From: Candidatus Bathyarchaeota archaeon RBG_16_48_13
GTDB taxonomy: Archaea > Thermoproteota > Bathyarchaeia > RBG-16-48-13
Assembly (NCBI GenBank): GCA_001775995.1
Contig: MEZH01000004.1
Span: forward strand, 50,313 to 114,312
Length of the DNA stretch: 64,000 nt
Reading direction: 5' to 3'
The notes beneath the pieces were generated by a model. It was not told the origin of the DNA, made no database searches, and saw nothing but the letters and a program-made list of their open reading frames with translations. This document shows, piece by piece, positions 19,078 through 27,964 of this stretch (positions within the stretch are counted from its first letter, which is position 1; every line of letters begins with the position of its first letter). Both the position numbers and the translations under genes were made by a program.

Positions 19078-21117
19078 TCAGAACCTCCCGAAATTCATTA
19101 ACATTAGGATTATGAAAAGAAGAGCCAGAACGACTGCAACCATGTTGTAGGATAGAACGCCCGTTTGAAGTCTCTTGAACCTGTTGTATAACCCGATCAT
19201 GAGGCCGGGTAAAATAATGTTGAAGGCGCGGTCGATGACTCTCGTCTCAAGAGCGTCGTATGTTTTCCGGCCGAAGGCTATCACATTGTTCACGAACAAT
19301 CTGTAATAGAGACTGTTGATATGCCACCTGTTCCAGAAGAAGCTGGACAGGTTCTTGAGGAGAGGGTTCTTATCTACTATGCCCTGAGAATCTGCTCTCC
19401 GTCTCACATAGAGGAGGTAGGCGGGAATGCCACCTATCATAAGCATTGCCAGAGAGAGTGATAGGGCCAAGTAGAAGGGAGGGATTATTGGCGAAGCTAT
19501 GATTGACCCCGAGGATTCAACCGTAACTAATAATTTACTGAAGATATCTTTCAGATGGTCTTCTAAGAAGGGCCCACTCAGTCCTATCACTATTGTTCCC
19601 AGAGCCAAAGCTCCATACGGAATCCACATGATCTTCGGTGACTCGTGCACATGATGACCTTCCCTCTCCATCTCTTTCAAATGCAAGCTGGGCTCCCCAA
19701 GAAATGTCCTGAAGATCATCCTTAGCGTGTAAAAGAAGGTCATAGCCGATGTAGCCAGGGCCACGGCAAGTAGTCCATATTGACCAGCTTCAATAGCTGA
19801 GACTAATATGGCATCCTTGCTCCAGAAGCCGCTGAGAGGAGGAACGCCAGACAGCGAGAGTGCGGTTATTAGCATGAACCAGAATGTCTTCTGCATTTTT
19901 CCTCTTAATCCACCTGTATCCGTCACATATATGGAGTGGGTTGCATGAATTATTGCGCCCGCAGCCAAGAAGAGTGAGGCTTTGAAAACAGCGTGGCTCA
20001 GCAGGTGAAAAATGCTTGACACATATCCTTCCACGCCTTCAGCCGTCAAACCCGCGATGCCCAGCGCGAGCATCATATAGCCAATTTGGCTTATGGTTGA
20101 GTAAGCGAGGATCTTCTTTAGCTCCAGTGCGACTATGGCCTGAGTGGCTGCCATAATGGCCGTGAAGGCGCCTACCCAAGCTAACACCACGAAGAAGTTC
20201 ATGAACTCTGTGTAGCCTAACCAGTAGGCTGTATGGAATATGGGGAATACCCTGGCTATGAGATAGACTCCTGCGTTCACCATGGTGGCAGCGTGAATAA
20301 GGGCTGAGACAGAGGTCGGACCCGCCATAGCTTCGGGTAACCATTCATGAAATGGAAATTGAGCCGATTTTCCAAAGGGCCCACCAAGGAAGAGTAGGGA
20401 TACCAGGGTTATTAGACCAGGAGTATTACCTAGGGCGCTTATCCATTGAGTCGAGCCTTGAAGCTCCGTGAAGCTGAATGTCTTTGAGTACACATATATA
20501 ATGAAGATGGCTACTAGGAGGGCCGCGTCACCAACACGAGTGATTATGAAGGCCTTCATTCCGCAATGCGATGGGGGGTACGCTGGAGTTGGAGCGGGTC
20601 CTCCAACCCAGTGCTCACGTTCATCGCTGTACCAGAACCCAATAAGTGCATAGCTGCAAAGTCCTACCCCCTCCCAACCTATGAGAAGCTGAATGAAGTT
20701 GTCTGACATCACAAGAAGCAGCATGTTCGCTATGAAGAAGTTCATGAGGAACCAGTACCTGGTTAGACCTGATTCACCTTTCATGTAGCCTATGGAATAC
20801 ACCATAACCGCGAAACTGATTATGGAGACTACATTGGCCATGAATATGCTCAAGGGATCCACCAATAGTCCGAACCTGAGCTCACTCAAACCCAAGGCGG
20901 AGAGGGAAGGAAGCCATTTGGCCTCTTCATGGATTGTGATACCCAACAATAGTTCAGGGATCATAGAAACTGCCATGACAACTGCCGCGAAAGAGAAAGC
21001 CAAGGCAACTCCGTCTCTCAGTTTCGATGAGAACTTGGACGCTACAATGGAGATCAAGGCTCCTGCCAAAGGCAGAAACCAGACGAGCCACGGTGCGTAG
21101 GGAAGCATCAGAGACAC
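19078..21117 (-). CDS. nuoL: Antiporter-like membrane subunit, NuoL type (long C-terminal extension)
   Basis: 679 aa. LLIGWEGVGLCSYALIGFWY and HEWLPEAMAGPTSVSALIHAATMV motifs. Confidence 0.9.
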   Translation of the reverse strand: MSLMLPYAPWLVWFLPLAGALISIVASKFSSKLRDGVALAFSFAAVVMAVSMIPELLLGITIHEEAKWLPSLSALGLSELRFGLLVDPLSIFMANVVSIISFAVMVYSIGYMKGESGLTRYWFLMNFFIANMLLLVMSDNFIQLLIGWEGVGLCSYALIGFWYSDEREHWVGGPAPTPAYPPSHCGMKAFIITRVGDAALLVAIFIIYVYSKTFSFTELQGSTQWISALGNTPGLITLVSLLFLGGPFGKSAQFPFHEWLPEAMAGPTSVSALIHAATMVNAGVYLIARVFPIFHTAYWLGYTEFMNFFVVLAWVGAFTAIMAATQAIVALELKKILAYSTISQIGYMMLALGIAGLTAEGVEGYVSSIFHLLSHAVFKASLFLAAGAIIHATHSIYVTDTGGLRGKMQKTFWFMLITALSLSGVPPLSGFWSKDAILVSAIEAGQYGLLAVALATSAMTFFYTLRMIFRTFLGEPSLHLKEMEREGHHVHESPKIMWIPYGALALGTIVIGLSGPFLEDHLKDIFSKLLVTVESSGSIIASPIIPPFYLALSLSLAMLMIGGIPAYLLYVRRRADSQGIVDKNPLLKNLSSFFWNRWHINSLYYRLFVNNVIAFGRKTYDALETRVIDRAFNIILPGLMIGLYNRFKRLQTGVLSYNMVAVVLALLFIILMLMNFGRF

Positions 21118-21118
21118 C

Positions 21119-22633
21119 TTACAGAGGTATTATTCTTCTTACATACTCTCCAATTTGCAGAAGGGAGCCCGCCGCATTCTGGCTAAATTCGAACAAGGGC
21201 CCAGGCCATAAGCCGAAGATCGTGATGAGAGCGGCCATTGCAATCAATACCATCAACATTGAGGGGGGGACCTCTTTAATGCGCGAGATATCCTTCTCCG
21301 GTTTTGCCAGAAAGATTGTTTGTATCACTCTGAGATAGTATGCCATAGACAATCCGCTATTCAGGATGCCGGCTATTGCAAGCACGGGCATGCCTCCCTC
21401 GAAGGCTGACAAGAACAGAGTGTATTTGCTTATGAAGCCACTAAAGGATGGAACACCCCCCAAAGCTAGCAAAGATATGGATAGGGAAACAGATGTTACC
21501 GGCATTAAGCGACCTACGCCTTTTAGGTTAGTGAGCTCTCTGGATCCGAGCTTATAAATCAGGGCGCCTGCGCTTAAGAAGGCAAGTCCCTTCATGAGAG
21601 AATGATTGAAGACATGCATGAAGAGACCTGTTAGTCCGTCAATATTCGCCTGTGATGACCCGGGTGTGCCAGCAACGGCGAGCCCGATGAGCATGTATCC
21701 GATCTGGGAAATACTGGAGTAGGCCAAAAGACGTTTCAAATCCTTCTGGAGAAGCGCCATGATGTTACCTGTGGTCATGGTGACTATTGCAAGGACAGCT
21801 ATCAAAATATCCCAACGGAACTGAAGACTGAACATAATGATGAAGATTCTACAGAATCCGTATAGCCCGGTTTCGATGAGGACCCCTGACAGGAGAGCGC
21901 TTATTGAGCTGGGAGCCTCCGAGTGAGCGTCCGGCAGCCACGTGTGCAATGGAACTATGGCGGTTTTTATACCAAAACCTACAGTGATCATTGCAAAGAC
22001 TATCATTAGCCAAGGCGTTGGCGCAGCATTGAGCAGGGATTGAGAGAGCGACGCCAAGTTGAGTGTCCCTGTAGCTCCGTAAAGAAGAGAGAGAGCGAAG
22101 AGTATGGTTCCCGCGCCGAAGGAGCTTATGATCAGATATTTGAAGCTTGCTTCCATAGCGGTTTTCTGGGTTTTCCGGAATGCCACCAAAACGTATGATG
22201 TGATACTCATGAGTTCCCAGAAAATGAACAATGTGAAGAAGTCACCTGCCGAGACAACTCCCACCATTCCAGCTATCATTCCGAAGATCAGAACGTAATA
22301 CTGGGGTAGGCCGGTTTCGTTCTCCATGTATCTTACTGAATAGATGACCACGAATAACCCCAACAATAGGTAGATGGAAATCATGAAAATTGAAACCGAA
22401 TCAACTTCTAATAAGGTGCCAAGGGTGGGAGCGATAGTTTTCACGATAATGAAGCCATTGGCTGAGACGAGTGGCAGATCATACACCAAGAAGAAGAGGA
22501 TTGTCGAAACAAAACCAATGACAGAGTAATATTGAACAAGATTCTTGACTCTAATCTTGGAGCTTAACCACCCGACGACTGCTGTCGATATCATAAAGAA
22601 AAACAGAACGTCAAGGGTCGCGGTAAACATCAT
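21119..22633 (-). CDS. nuoN: Antiporter-like membrane subunit, NuoN type
   Basis: 504 aa. FWELMSITSYVLVAF...ASFKYLIISSFGAG and WLPDAHSEAPS motifs. Confidence 0.85.
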   Translation of the reverse strand: MMFTATLDVLFFFMISTAVVGWLSSKIRVKNLVQYYSVIGFVSTILFFLVYDLPLVSANGFIIVKTIAPTLGTLLEVDSVSIFMISIYLLLGLFVVIYSVRYMENETGLPQYYVLIFGMIAGMVGVVSAGDFFTLFIFWELMSITSYVLVAFRKTQKTAMEASFKYLIISSFGAGTILFALSLLYGATGTLNLASLSQSLLNAAPTPWLMIVFAMITVGFGIKTAIVPLHTWLPDAHSEAPSSISALLSGVLIETGLYGFCRIFIIMFSLQFRWDILIAVLAIVTMTTGNIMALLQKDLKRLLAYSSISQIGYMLIGLAVAGTPGSSQANIDGLTGLFMHVFNHSLMKGLAFLSAGALIYKLGSRELTNLKGVGRLMPVTSVSLSISLLALGGVPSFSGFISKYTLFLSAFEGGMPVLAIAGILNSGLSMAYYLRVIQTIFLAKPEKDISRIKEVPPSMLMVLIAMAALITIFGLWPGPLFEFSQNAAGSLLQIGEYVRRIIPL

Positions 22634-22663
22634 TGGTTTCTCCGGTGCGGACGTGCCTTCATA

Positions 22664-23017
22664 TTACCATTTTAACTCTTTCAGTTCGCTAACATCGAGT
22701 GTCTTGTACCGTCGATATGCATAAATCGCGATAGCCAATCCCACTGCGATCACACAGCTGCTAACGCCGATGGAGATTATGACGAAGGATTGAGCTAGGG
22801 GATCAGTGAAACCCTGAACTCGATAGGCCGCAAAGGCTATGAAATTCAGGTCTGCAGCGTTGACGATGATTTCGATGCCAATGATCAATTTAATCAAATT
22901 CTTCTTTGTTACCAGGCAATATAGCCCTATAAAATATAGAGCCAATGAGCCTGCGAGGAAGAATTCTATGGAGAGCGTAGATCTTCCTCCCTCTCTCCTC
23001 TCACCATAGCCAAGCAA
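22664..23017 (-). CDS. nuoK: NuoK-type membrane subunit
   Basis: About 100 aa, 3 TM. LIKLIIGIEIIVNAADLNFIAF motif. Start uncertain (the TTG at 23017 overlaps the upstream gene). Confidence 0.8.
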   Translation of the reverse strand: MLGYGERREGGRSTLSIEFFLAGSLALYFIGLYCLVTKKNLIKLIIGIEIIVNAADLNFIAFAAYRVQGFTDPLAQSFVIISIGVSSCVIAVGLAIAIYAYRRYKTLDVSELKELKW

Positions 23018-23256
23018 CAGGCCGCCGCTCCAAAGAGCACGAGGGCCAGCAGAATCAGATCAAGAGGCCGGAAACTCCAGAGAAAATTTGCTAGCATTTG
23101 ACCCAGGTTGGGCACATCTATCCTTAAGAGTTCACTCGGAGCGCTCGAATATTCAAACAACGGAAACGTGTATCTTGACAACAGGGAGACTATGAAGGCC
23201 CCAAAGAGGACTAGAAATGTCAGTCCTAAGGCCAGAACTCGATCAACTTTTGGCAT
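22966..23256 (-). CDS. nuoJ: NuoJ-type subunit, C-terminal half (separate gene)
   Basis: 96 aa, 2 TM. Its own ATG at 23256 is preceded by GGAGGAGGA (23261-23269). Confidence 0.65.
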   Translation of the reverse strand: MPKVDRVLALGLTFLVLFGAFIVSLLSRYTFPLFEYSSAPSELLRIDVPNLGQMLANFLWSFRPLDLILLALVLFGAAACCLAMVRGEREEDLRSP

Positions 23257-23581
23257 GAATTCCTCCTCCGAGCATTATTGCCGCAATGAAAAGAACTATC
23301 ACGGCACCAGCGTAGACCAAGATTTGGAAGAGTGCCGGATAGGGCGCACTTAGCAACCAAAAGAGGGCCCCGATCGTGATGCTCATTCCGCCAAGAGCTA
23401 CAACTGAATGAAGAAGGTCAGGAAGTTCCACAACCAATATGGCCAGAACTATAGAGGCAATTATCAGAATTAGGCTAAGTAATTCTTCCACCCACATTAA
23501 TTGAAATCTTCCCATCGAAACTTGATAGCCCACTGTTAAATTAGGAATATTAATAAACATTTTCACATACTCTTTGACCAA
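23243..23581 (-). CDS. nuoJ: NuoJ-type subunit, N-terminal half
   Basis: LLHSVVALGGMSITIGALFWLLSAPYPALFQILVYAGAVIVLFIAAIML matches the NuoJ core. The true start is probably the internal Met near 23497. Confidence 0.75.
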   Translation of the reverse strand: MVKEYVKMFINIPNLTVGYQVSMGRFQLMWVEELLSLILIIASIVLAILVVELPDLLHSVVALGGMSITIGALFWLLSAPYPALFQILVYAGAVIVLFIAAIMLGGGIHAKS

Positions 23582-23634
23582 AAAGCTTTAAGCGGCGTCG
23601 ACATCCAAAGCTTGAATTCAAGGGTTCATGGTCA

Positions 23635-23967
23635 ATGCCCGGCGTTCTTTCGTCCCCTCCTTTCATAATACTTTTCTCAGTTTTCGTAGGAGTAGCTATT
23701 TACTGGATTGGCGGTAGGTTGGGGGCCAAAGGGGAGGCTAGTCCAGGAAAAGAGGAGGCTTATGCATGTGGGGAAGATATGCCGGCGGTCAAGACCCAAA
23801 TAAACATACAGTCTTTCTTCATATACGCTTTTTACTTCATGATTTTTGACATACTCGCATTTGTCTTAGTGACATCGTTCGGAACTGCTGGTATTTACGC
23901 AACCCTTTTCACTGGAATAGTCCTCTTGGCAGTAATTGTGCTTCCTAAGCTGGGAACTGGGGACTAA
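23635..23967 (+). CDS. nuoA: NuoA-type membrane subunit
   Basis: 110 aa, 3 TM. EAYACGED and FMIFDILAFVL patterns. Confidence 0.75.
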   Translation: MPGVLSSPPFIILFSVFVGVAIYWIGGRLGAKGEASPGKEEAYACGEDMPAVKTQINIQSFFIYAFYFMIFDILAFVLVTSFGTAGIYATLFTGIVLLAVIVLPKLGTGD

Positions 23968-23968
23968 G

Positions 23969-24388
23969 ATGAACGTAGTCAAGTGGGCCAGATCGAAATC
24001 GCCATGGATAATCCATTTCAACACTGGATCATGTAACGGTTGCGACATCGAAGTAGTTGCGGCCTTAACCCCCAAGTTCGATCTCGAGAGATTCGGCGTT
24101 CTTTTGAAGGGAAGCCCACGACACGCCGACGTCATTGTAGTTACGGGCCCGGTCACTAACCAAGTGAAGGAAAGGCTGAAAAGAGTATACGAACAGATGC
24201 CCAGCCCAAAATTCGTAATGGCCATCGGCACCTGCGCATGCTCAGGCGGAGTCTTCAAAGACTGTTACAACTTATGCCAAGGGGTCGACAAAGTGATCCC
24301 GGTGGATATCTATGTTCCGGGCTGCGCGGCCAGCCCCGAAGCTATAATAGATGGCGCAGCAAAATTGTTGAAGAAGATCAGCGGCTAA
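23969..24388 (+). CDS. nuoB: [NiFe]-hydrogenase small subunit (NuoB/MbhJ/EchC family)
   Basis: GSCNGCDIE, GTCACSGG, and PGCAASP motifs (4-Cys proximal cluster, hydrogenase-type CxxC). ATG 1 nt after the nuoA stop. Confidence 0.85.
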   Translation: MNVVKWARSKSPWIIHFNTGSCNGCDIEVVAALTPKFDLERFGVLLKGSPRHADVIVVTGPVTNQVKERLKRVYEQMPSPKFVMAIGTCACSGGVFKDCYNLCQGVDKVIPVDIYVPGCAASPEAIIDGAAKLLKKISG

Positions 24389-24400
24389 GGAGAAGGAGCA

Positions 24401-24907
24401 ATGGTAGAAACGAAGGAGAGCAAAACGGGACTCTTAGAGAGGTTAAGAAACTCAATTCCTCAAGAATGGATATTGAGTCTCAAAGCTCCTGAGCCACGCA
24501 GGATTTTCCTATCAGTAAAAAGGGAGCATTTCAAAGAAGCTATGACCAAGATGCTCAAAGATGAGGAGATAACACACCTTTCGACGATTACAGGTGTGGA
24601 TCTTGGAGAAGAAATCGAGGTCATTTATCACCTTGATAAGTCTGGGACCATTCTATCAGTCAAGACGACGACCCCAAAGAGCCAACCCACGTTGCCGACT
24701 GTGACGGATTTGATACCAGGAGCGCCACTCTACGAGCGAGAGGTGCATGAGCTCTTAGGGGTTGCATTCGATGGTCACCCAGATCTCTCCCGTCTGGTTC
24801 TCCCAGAAGGCTGGCCTCCTGGACTGTACCCACTAAGGAGGGAGATCAGCATAGAGAACATACGTTCTGCACTTGAAAAGGCAAAGGAGGAAAAAAAAGT
24901 TGGATGA
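24401..24907 (+). CDS. nuoC: NuoC / 30-kDa-family subunit
   Basis: 168 aa. YEREVHELLGVAFDGHPD signature. Confidence 0.85.
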   Translation: MVETKESKTGLLERLRNSIPQEWILSLKAPEPRRIFLSVKREHFKEAMTKMLKDEEITHLSTITGVDLGEEIEVIYHLDKSGTILSVKTTTPKSQPTLPTVTDLIPGAPLYEREVHELLGVAFDGHPDLSRLVLPEGWPPGLYPLRREISIENIRSALEKAKEEKKVG

Positions 24908-26078
24908 AGAAAGAGTCATCATCCCAATAGGCCCTCAACACCCTGCCTTGAAAGAACCCATGAATTTCATGCTAAAGGTCGAAGGCGAGAAAGTCCTGGA
25001 AGCAATTCCCAACCTAGGCTATAACCATAGAGGAATAGAGAAAGCAGCCACTGTAAGAACGTACATTCAGAACCTCTATCTCGCAGAGAGAATATGCGGA
25101 ATTTGCTCGATTGCCCACGTGCAATGCTACGCCCAAGGGGTGGAGAAACTTCTGGAGATGGAGATACCACCTAGAGCTCAATACGTCAGATTGATTCTCT
25201 CAGAGTTGAATCGACTCCACAGTCATCTCTTGTGGGTTGGGGTCGCGGCTCACGAGATTGGTTTTGACACGTTATTCATGTATCTGTGGAGAGACAGAGA
25301 GATAGTGATGGACACACTTGAACTCATAACTGGAAACAGAGTCTCATATGGTTTCACAATGTTGGGTGGAGTTCGAAGAGACATATCGCCCGACATGGCC
25401 GCCAGAGTGAAAAAAGAGATGAAAACGGTACGGGATAGAACTCAATACTATAAGAAGATGAGCTCTAATGAAAGAAGCATCCTGAAGAGAACACAGGGTG
25501 TGGGAATCCTAAAGCCCCAAGACGCCCTAGCCCTATGTGCATGCGGACCCACTCTGAGGGCTAGCAACATCAAATGGGATGTGAGGAGAGAGGACCCATA
25601 CTTAGCATACAACGAGATACCCTTCAATGTTGTGACTTCTGATGGATGCGACGTGCTAAGCAGAATGATCGTCCACTACGATGAGGTGATAGAGGCTACA
25701 AACATAATCGAATATGCCCTTGACCACATGCCAAGCGGCTCCTTCAGGGAAAAAGTCACCAGAAGGATTCCAGCGGGAGAGGTAGTAAGTAGAGTTGAAG
25801 CTCCCAGAGGAGAGGACATACATTACATAAAATCCAATGGAACTGACAAGCCGGAGAGATTCAAGGTTAGGGCTCCGACTCTCGGAAACATACCCGCCGT
25901 CTGCAAAATGCTCTCTGACAGTTACATCGCGGACGTGCCAATAATCCTGGCAGGGATAGATCCCTGTTTCAGTTGCACGGATAGGGTCACTTTCGTAAAG
26001 GGAGAGATGGGTAAGGGCTGGATCTGGACCCAAGAGGAACTCAGGAGGTACGCCAACAGGTGGTACCAGCAGAGATAA
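24873..26078 (+). CDS. Group-4 [NiFe]-hydrogenase large subunit (NuoD/HycE/MbhL family)
   Basis: RICGICSIAH at 25089-25118 and DPCFSCTDR at 25959-25985, followed by a 30-aa C-terminal tail. The start may instead be the TTG at 24900. Confidence 0.9.
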   Translation: MKRQRRKKKLDEERVIIPIGPQHPALKEPMNFMLKVEGEKVLEAIPNLGYNHRGIEKAATVRTYIQNLYLAERICGICSIAHVQCYAQGVEKLLEMEIPPRAQYVRLILSELNRLHSHLLWVGVAAHEIGFDTLFMYLWRDREIVMDTLELITGNRVSYGFTMLGGVRRDISPDMAARVKKEMKTVRDRTQYYKKMSSNERSILKRTQGVGILKPQDALALCACGPTLRASNIKWDVRREDPYLAYNEIPFNVVTSDGCDVLSRMIVHYDEVIEATNIIEYALDHMPSGSFREKVTRRIPAGEVVSRVEAPRGEDIHYIKSNGTDKPERFKVRAPTLGNIPAVCKMLSDSYIADVPIILAGIDPCFSCTDRVTFVKGEMGKGWIWTQEELRRYANRWYQQR

Positions 26079-27022
26079 TAGAATTCTTAAGCGTTCTAAT
26101 ATATCCGGGATTCATCTTCATCTTTACCCTGGCTTTTTTCTATGAGTGGGTAGATAGGAAATTTGTGGCAAGATTGCAGAACAGATACGGTCCCCTTTAC
26201 GCCGGACCGGGTGGTATTCTGCAGCCATTCGCAGATTTCATCAAGCTGTTGGCCAAGGAAGACATTACTCCGCGTGCTGCTGACAAGACCACCTTCCGAG
26301 TCACGCCCATACTCATGCTTGCCTTGGCTCTTTCGACACTATTCTTCATCCCTACAGCCTACACAACAGCTGTGTCGTGGTTCGAAGGGGACTTGATCTT
26401 CGTTACTTTCTTGGTCAGTATATTGGTATTGATAACCTTGATAGCAGCCTGGAGTTCTACCAGCACGTTCAGCACAGTGGGGGGTATCAGGGTAGTGCTC
26501 CAGATGCTGGGGTTTGAAATTCCTATGACAATAGTCATGGTCGGTCCGGCAATAGTGTCCAAGACGCTATCCATTACCAATATTGCTCTGTGGCAATACA
26601 CCACTGGTCATTACTTCGCCATCTACCAGCCCATAGGGCTTATAGTACTCATCATTTGCCTTTTGGCTGAAATCAAGAAAGCTCCCTTCGATATTCCCGA
26701 AGCTGAAAGTGAGTTAGCTGCCGGATGGATCACGGAGTTCTCAGGAAGGAAGTTGGCTCTGATAAGACTGACAACAGACGTCGAGCTGATACTGGCCGGG
26801 GCCTTGGTGACAGCCCTGTTCCTAGGTGGCCCAACCGGACCTTTCGGAATACCCTCCGTCATATTCTTCCTGATAAAGACCACGGGGGTCATACTCGTCA
26901 TCTCAAACCTGAGAGCGCTATTTGCCCGGTTCAGGATTGATCAGATGCTTGGAGGATTCTGGAAGTATCTGGTACCCCTAGCTCTTCTTCAGATAATATT
27001 AGTCACATTAGGGGTTGGTTAG
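26060..27022 (+). CDS. nuoH: NuoH-type membrane subunit
   Basis: 320 aa, 8 TM. RKFVARLQNRYGP, PFADFIKLL, and PFDIPEAESEL motifs. Confidence 0.9.
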   Translation: MVPAEIIEFLSVLIYPGFIFIFTLAFFYEWVDRKFVARLQNRYGPLYAGPGGILQPFADFIKLLAKEDITPRAADKTTFRVTPILMLALALSTLFFIPTAYTTAVSWFEGDLIFVTFLVSILVLITLIAAWSSTSTFSTVGGIRVVLQMLGFEIPMTIVMVGPAIVSKTLSITNIALWQYTTGHYFAIYQPIGLIVLIICLLAEIKKAPFDIPEAESELAAGWITEFSGRKLALIRLTTDVELILAGALVTALFLGGPTGPFGIPSVIFFLIKTTGVILVISNLRALFARFRIDQMLGGFWKYLVPLALLQIILVTLGVG

Positions 27023-27024
27023 AG

Positions 27025-27369
27025 ATGGCGATGGAACATGAATTGCTCCGAAATCTAAGGAAGAAGGTTGCCACTGAGAAATACCCTTTTATTAAGAAGA
27101 AGCCCCCGGAAGGACTGCGCGGTAAACTGATAATAGACATGGCGAAGTGCATAGGATGCGGTCTCTGCGTCTTTGATTGCCCTGCCGGGGCCATAGAAAT
27201 GATTGGCAAAGGCACTGCAGCAGATCTAAAGGTATACTTGGACAGGTGCCACTTCTGTGGCCAATGTGCCGAGAGTTGCCCCTCAAAATGTATAGTGTAC
27301 AGCACTGAGTTTGAGTTGGCGAATTTCGATAAGAAAAATCTGACTATAGAATTTAAGAGAAAACTGTAG
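27025..27369 (+). CDS. nuoI: NuoI-type 2x[4Fe-4S] ferredoxin subunit
   Basis: CIGCGLCVFDCP and CHFCGQCAESCP motifs. 114 aa. Confidence 0.85.
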   Translation: MAMEHELLRNLRKKVATEKYPFIKKKPPEGLRGKLIIDMAKCIGCGLCVFDCPAGAIEMIGKGTAADLKVYLDRCHFCGQCAESCPSKCIVYSTEFELANFDKKNLTIEFKRKL

Positions 27370-27397
27370 TATAACTGATTCTGGCAGCACGAGCTAT

Positions 27398-27931
27398 TTG
27401 CGATTCTTGTCAGACTCAGGTTTCGGTGGCATGACCGTCATGAAATGGGAAAAAGATTTGACATCATGGCTCAAAGATTCAAGGAGAGTATTGGTCATGG
27501 GAATTGGAAATCCTCTCGGAGGGGACGACAACCTTGGAAACTCAATGATTGAAGCAATCAAAAGGTTACCGCCAATAAAGGGAGTAACCTTACTAAGGTG
27601 TGATACGATACCCGAAAACTTCACTGGAAGGATAAGGAAACTGAAGCCAGATCACGTGATTATCATAGATGCATCAGAGATAAATGGAAGATGGGGGGAA
27701 GCGGCACTCATACCGCCCTCAGAGATCAAGGGGATACCAATATCCAATCATTCACTGCCCATAAATCTCCTCTCGGAATATGTCCAAGAAACCATAGGTA
27801 CGAAAGTTATGATGCTTGCTGTTCAACCCAAAGAGATGTCATACAGCGACAGACTTTCTAAAGAGATAGAGAGCTCCATAACGGTTATCTCAAAGAAATT
27901 ATTTGAAATCCTATCGGCCCGGCGTTCTTGA
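27398..27931 (+). CDS. Hydrogenase maturation endopeptidase (HycI/HyaD family)
   Basis: VLVMGIGNPLGGDDNLG, TIPENF, and IIIDA motifs. Directly downstream of the hydrogenase operon. The start may be the ATG at 27431. Confidence 0.8.
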   Translation: MRFLSDSGFGGMTVMKWEKDLTSWLKDSRRVLVMGIGNPLGGDDNLGNSMIEAIKRLPPIKGVTLLRCDTIPENFTGRIRKLKPDHVIIIDASEINGRWGEAALIPPSEIKGIPISNHSLPINLLSEYVQETIGTKVMMLAVQPKEMSYSDRLSKEIESSITVISKKLFEILSARRS

Positions 27932-27964
27932 TCCATCAGATCAAGATGAAAATGAGAGTATTTC

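Noticed and set aside
23582-23634. Repeated AAAGCTT and a GTCGAC palindrome in the 53-nt divergent hydrogenase promoter
   Set aside because: The 6-7 nt motifs are too short to distinguish from chance. No clear TATA or operator architecture is visible.
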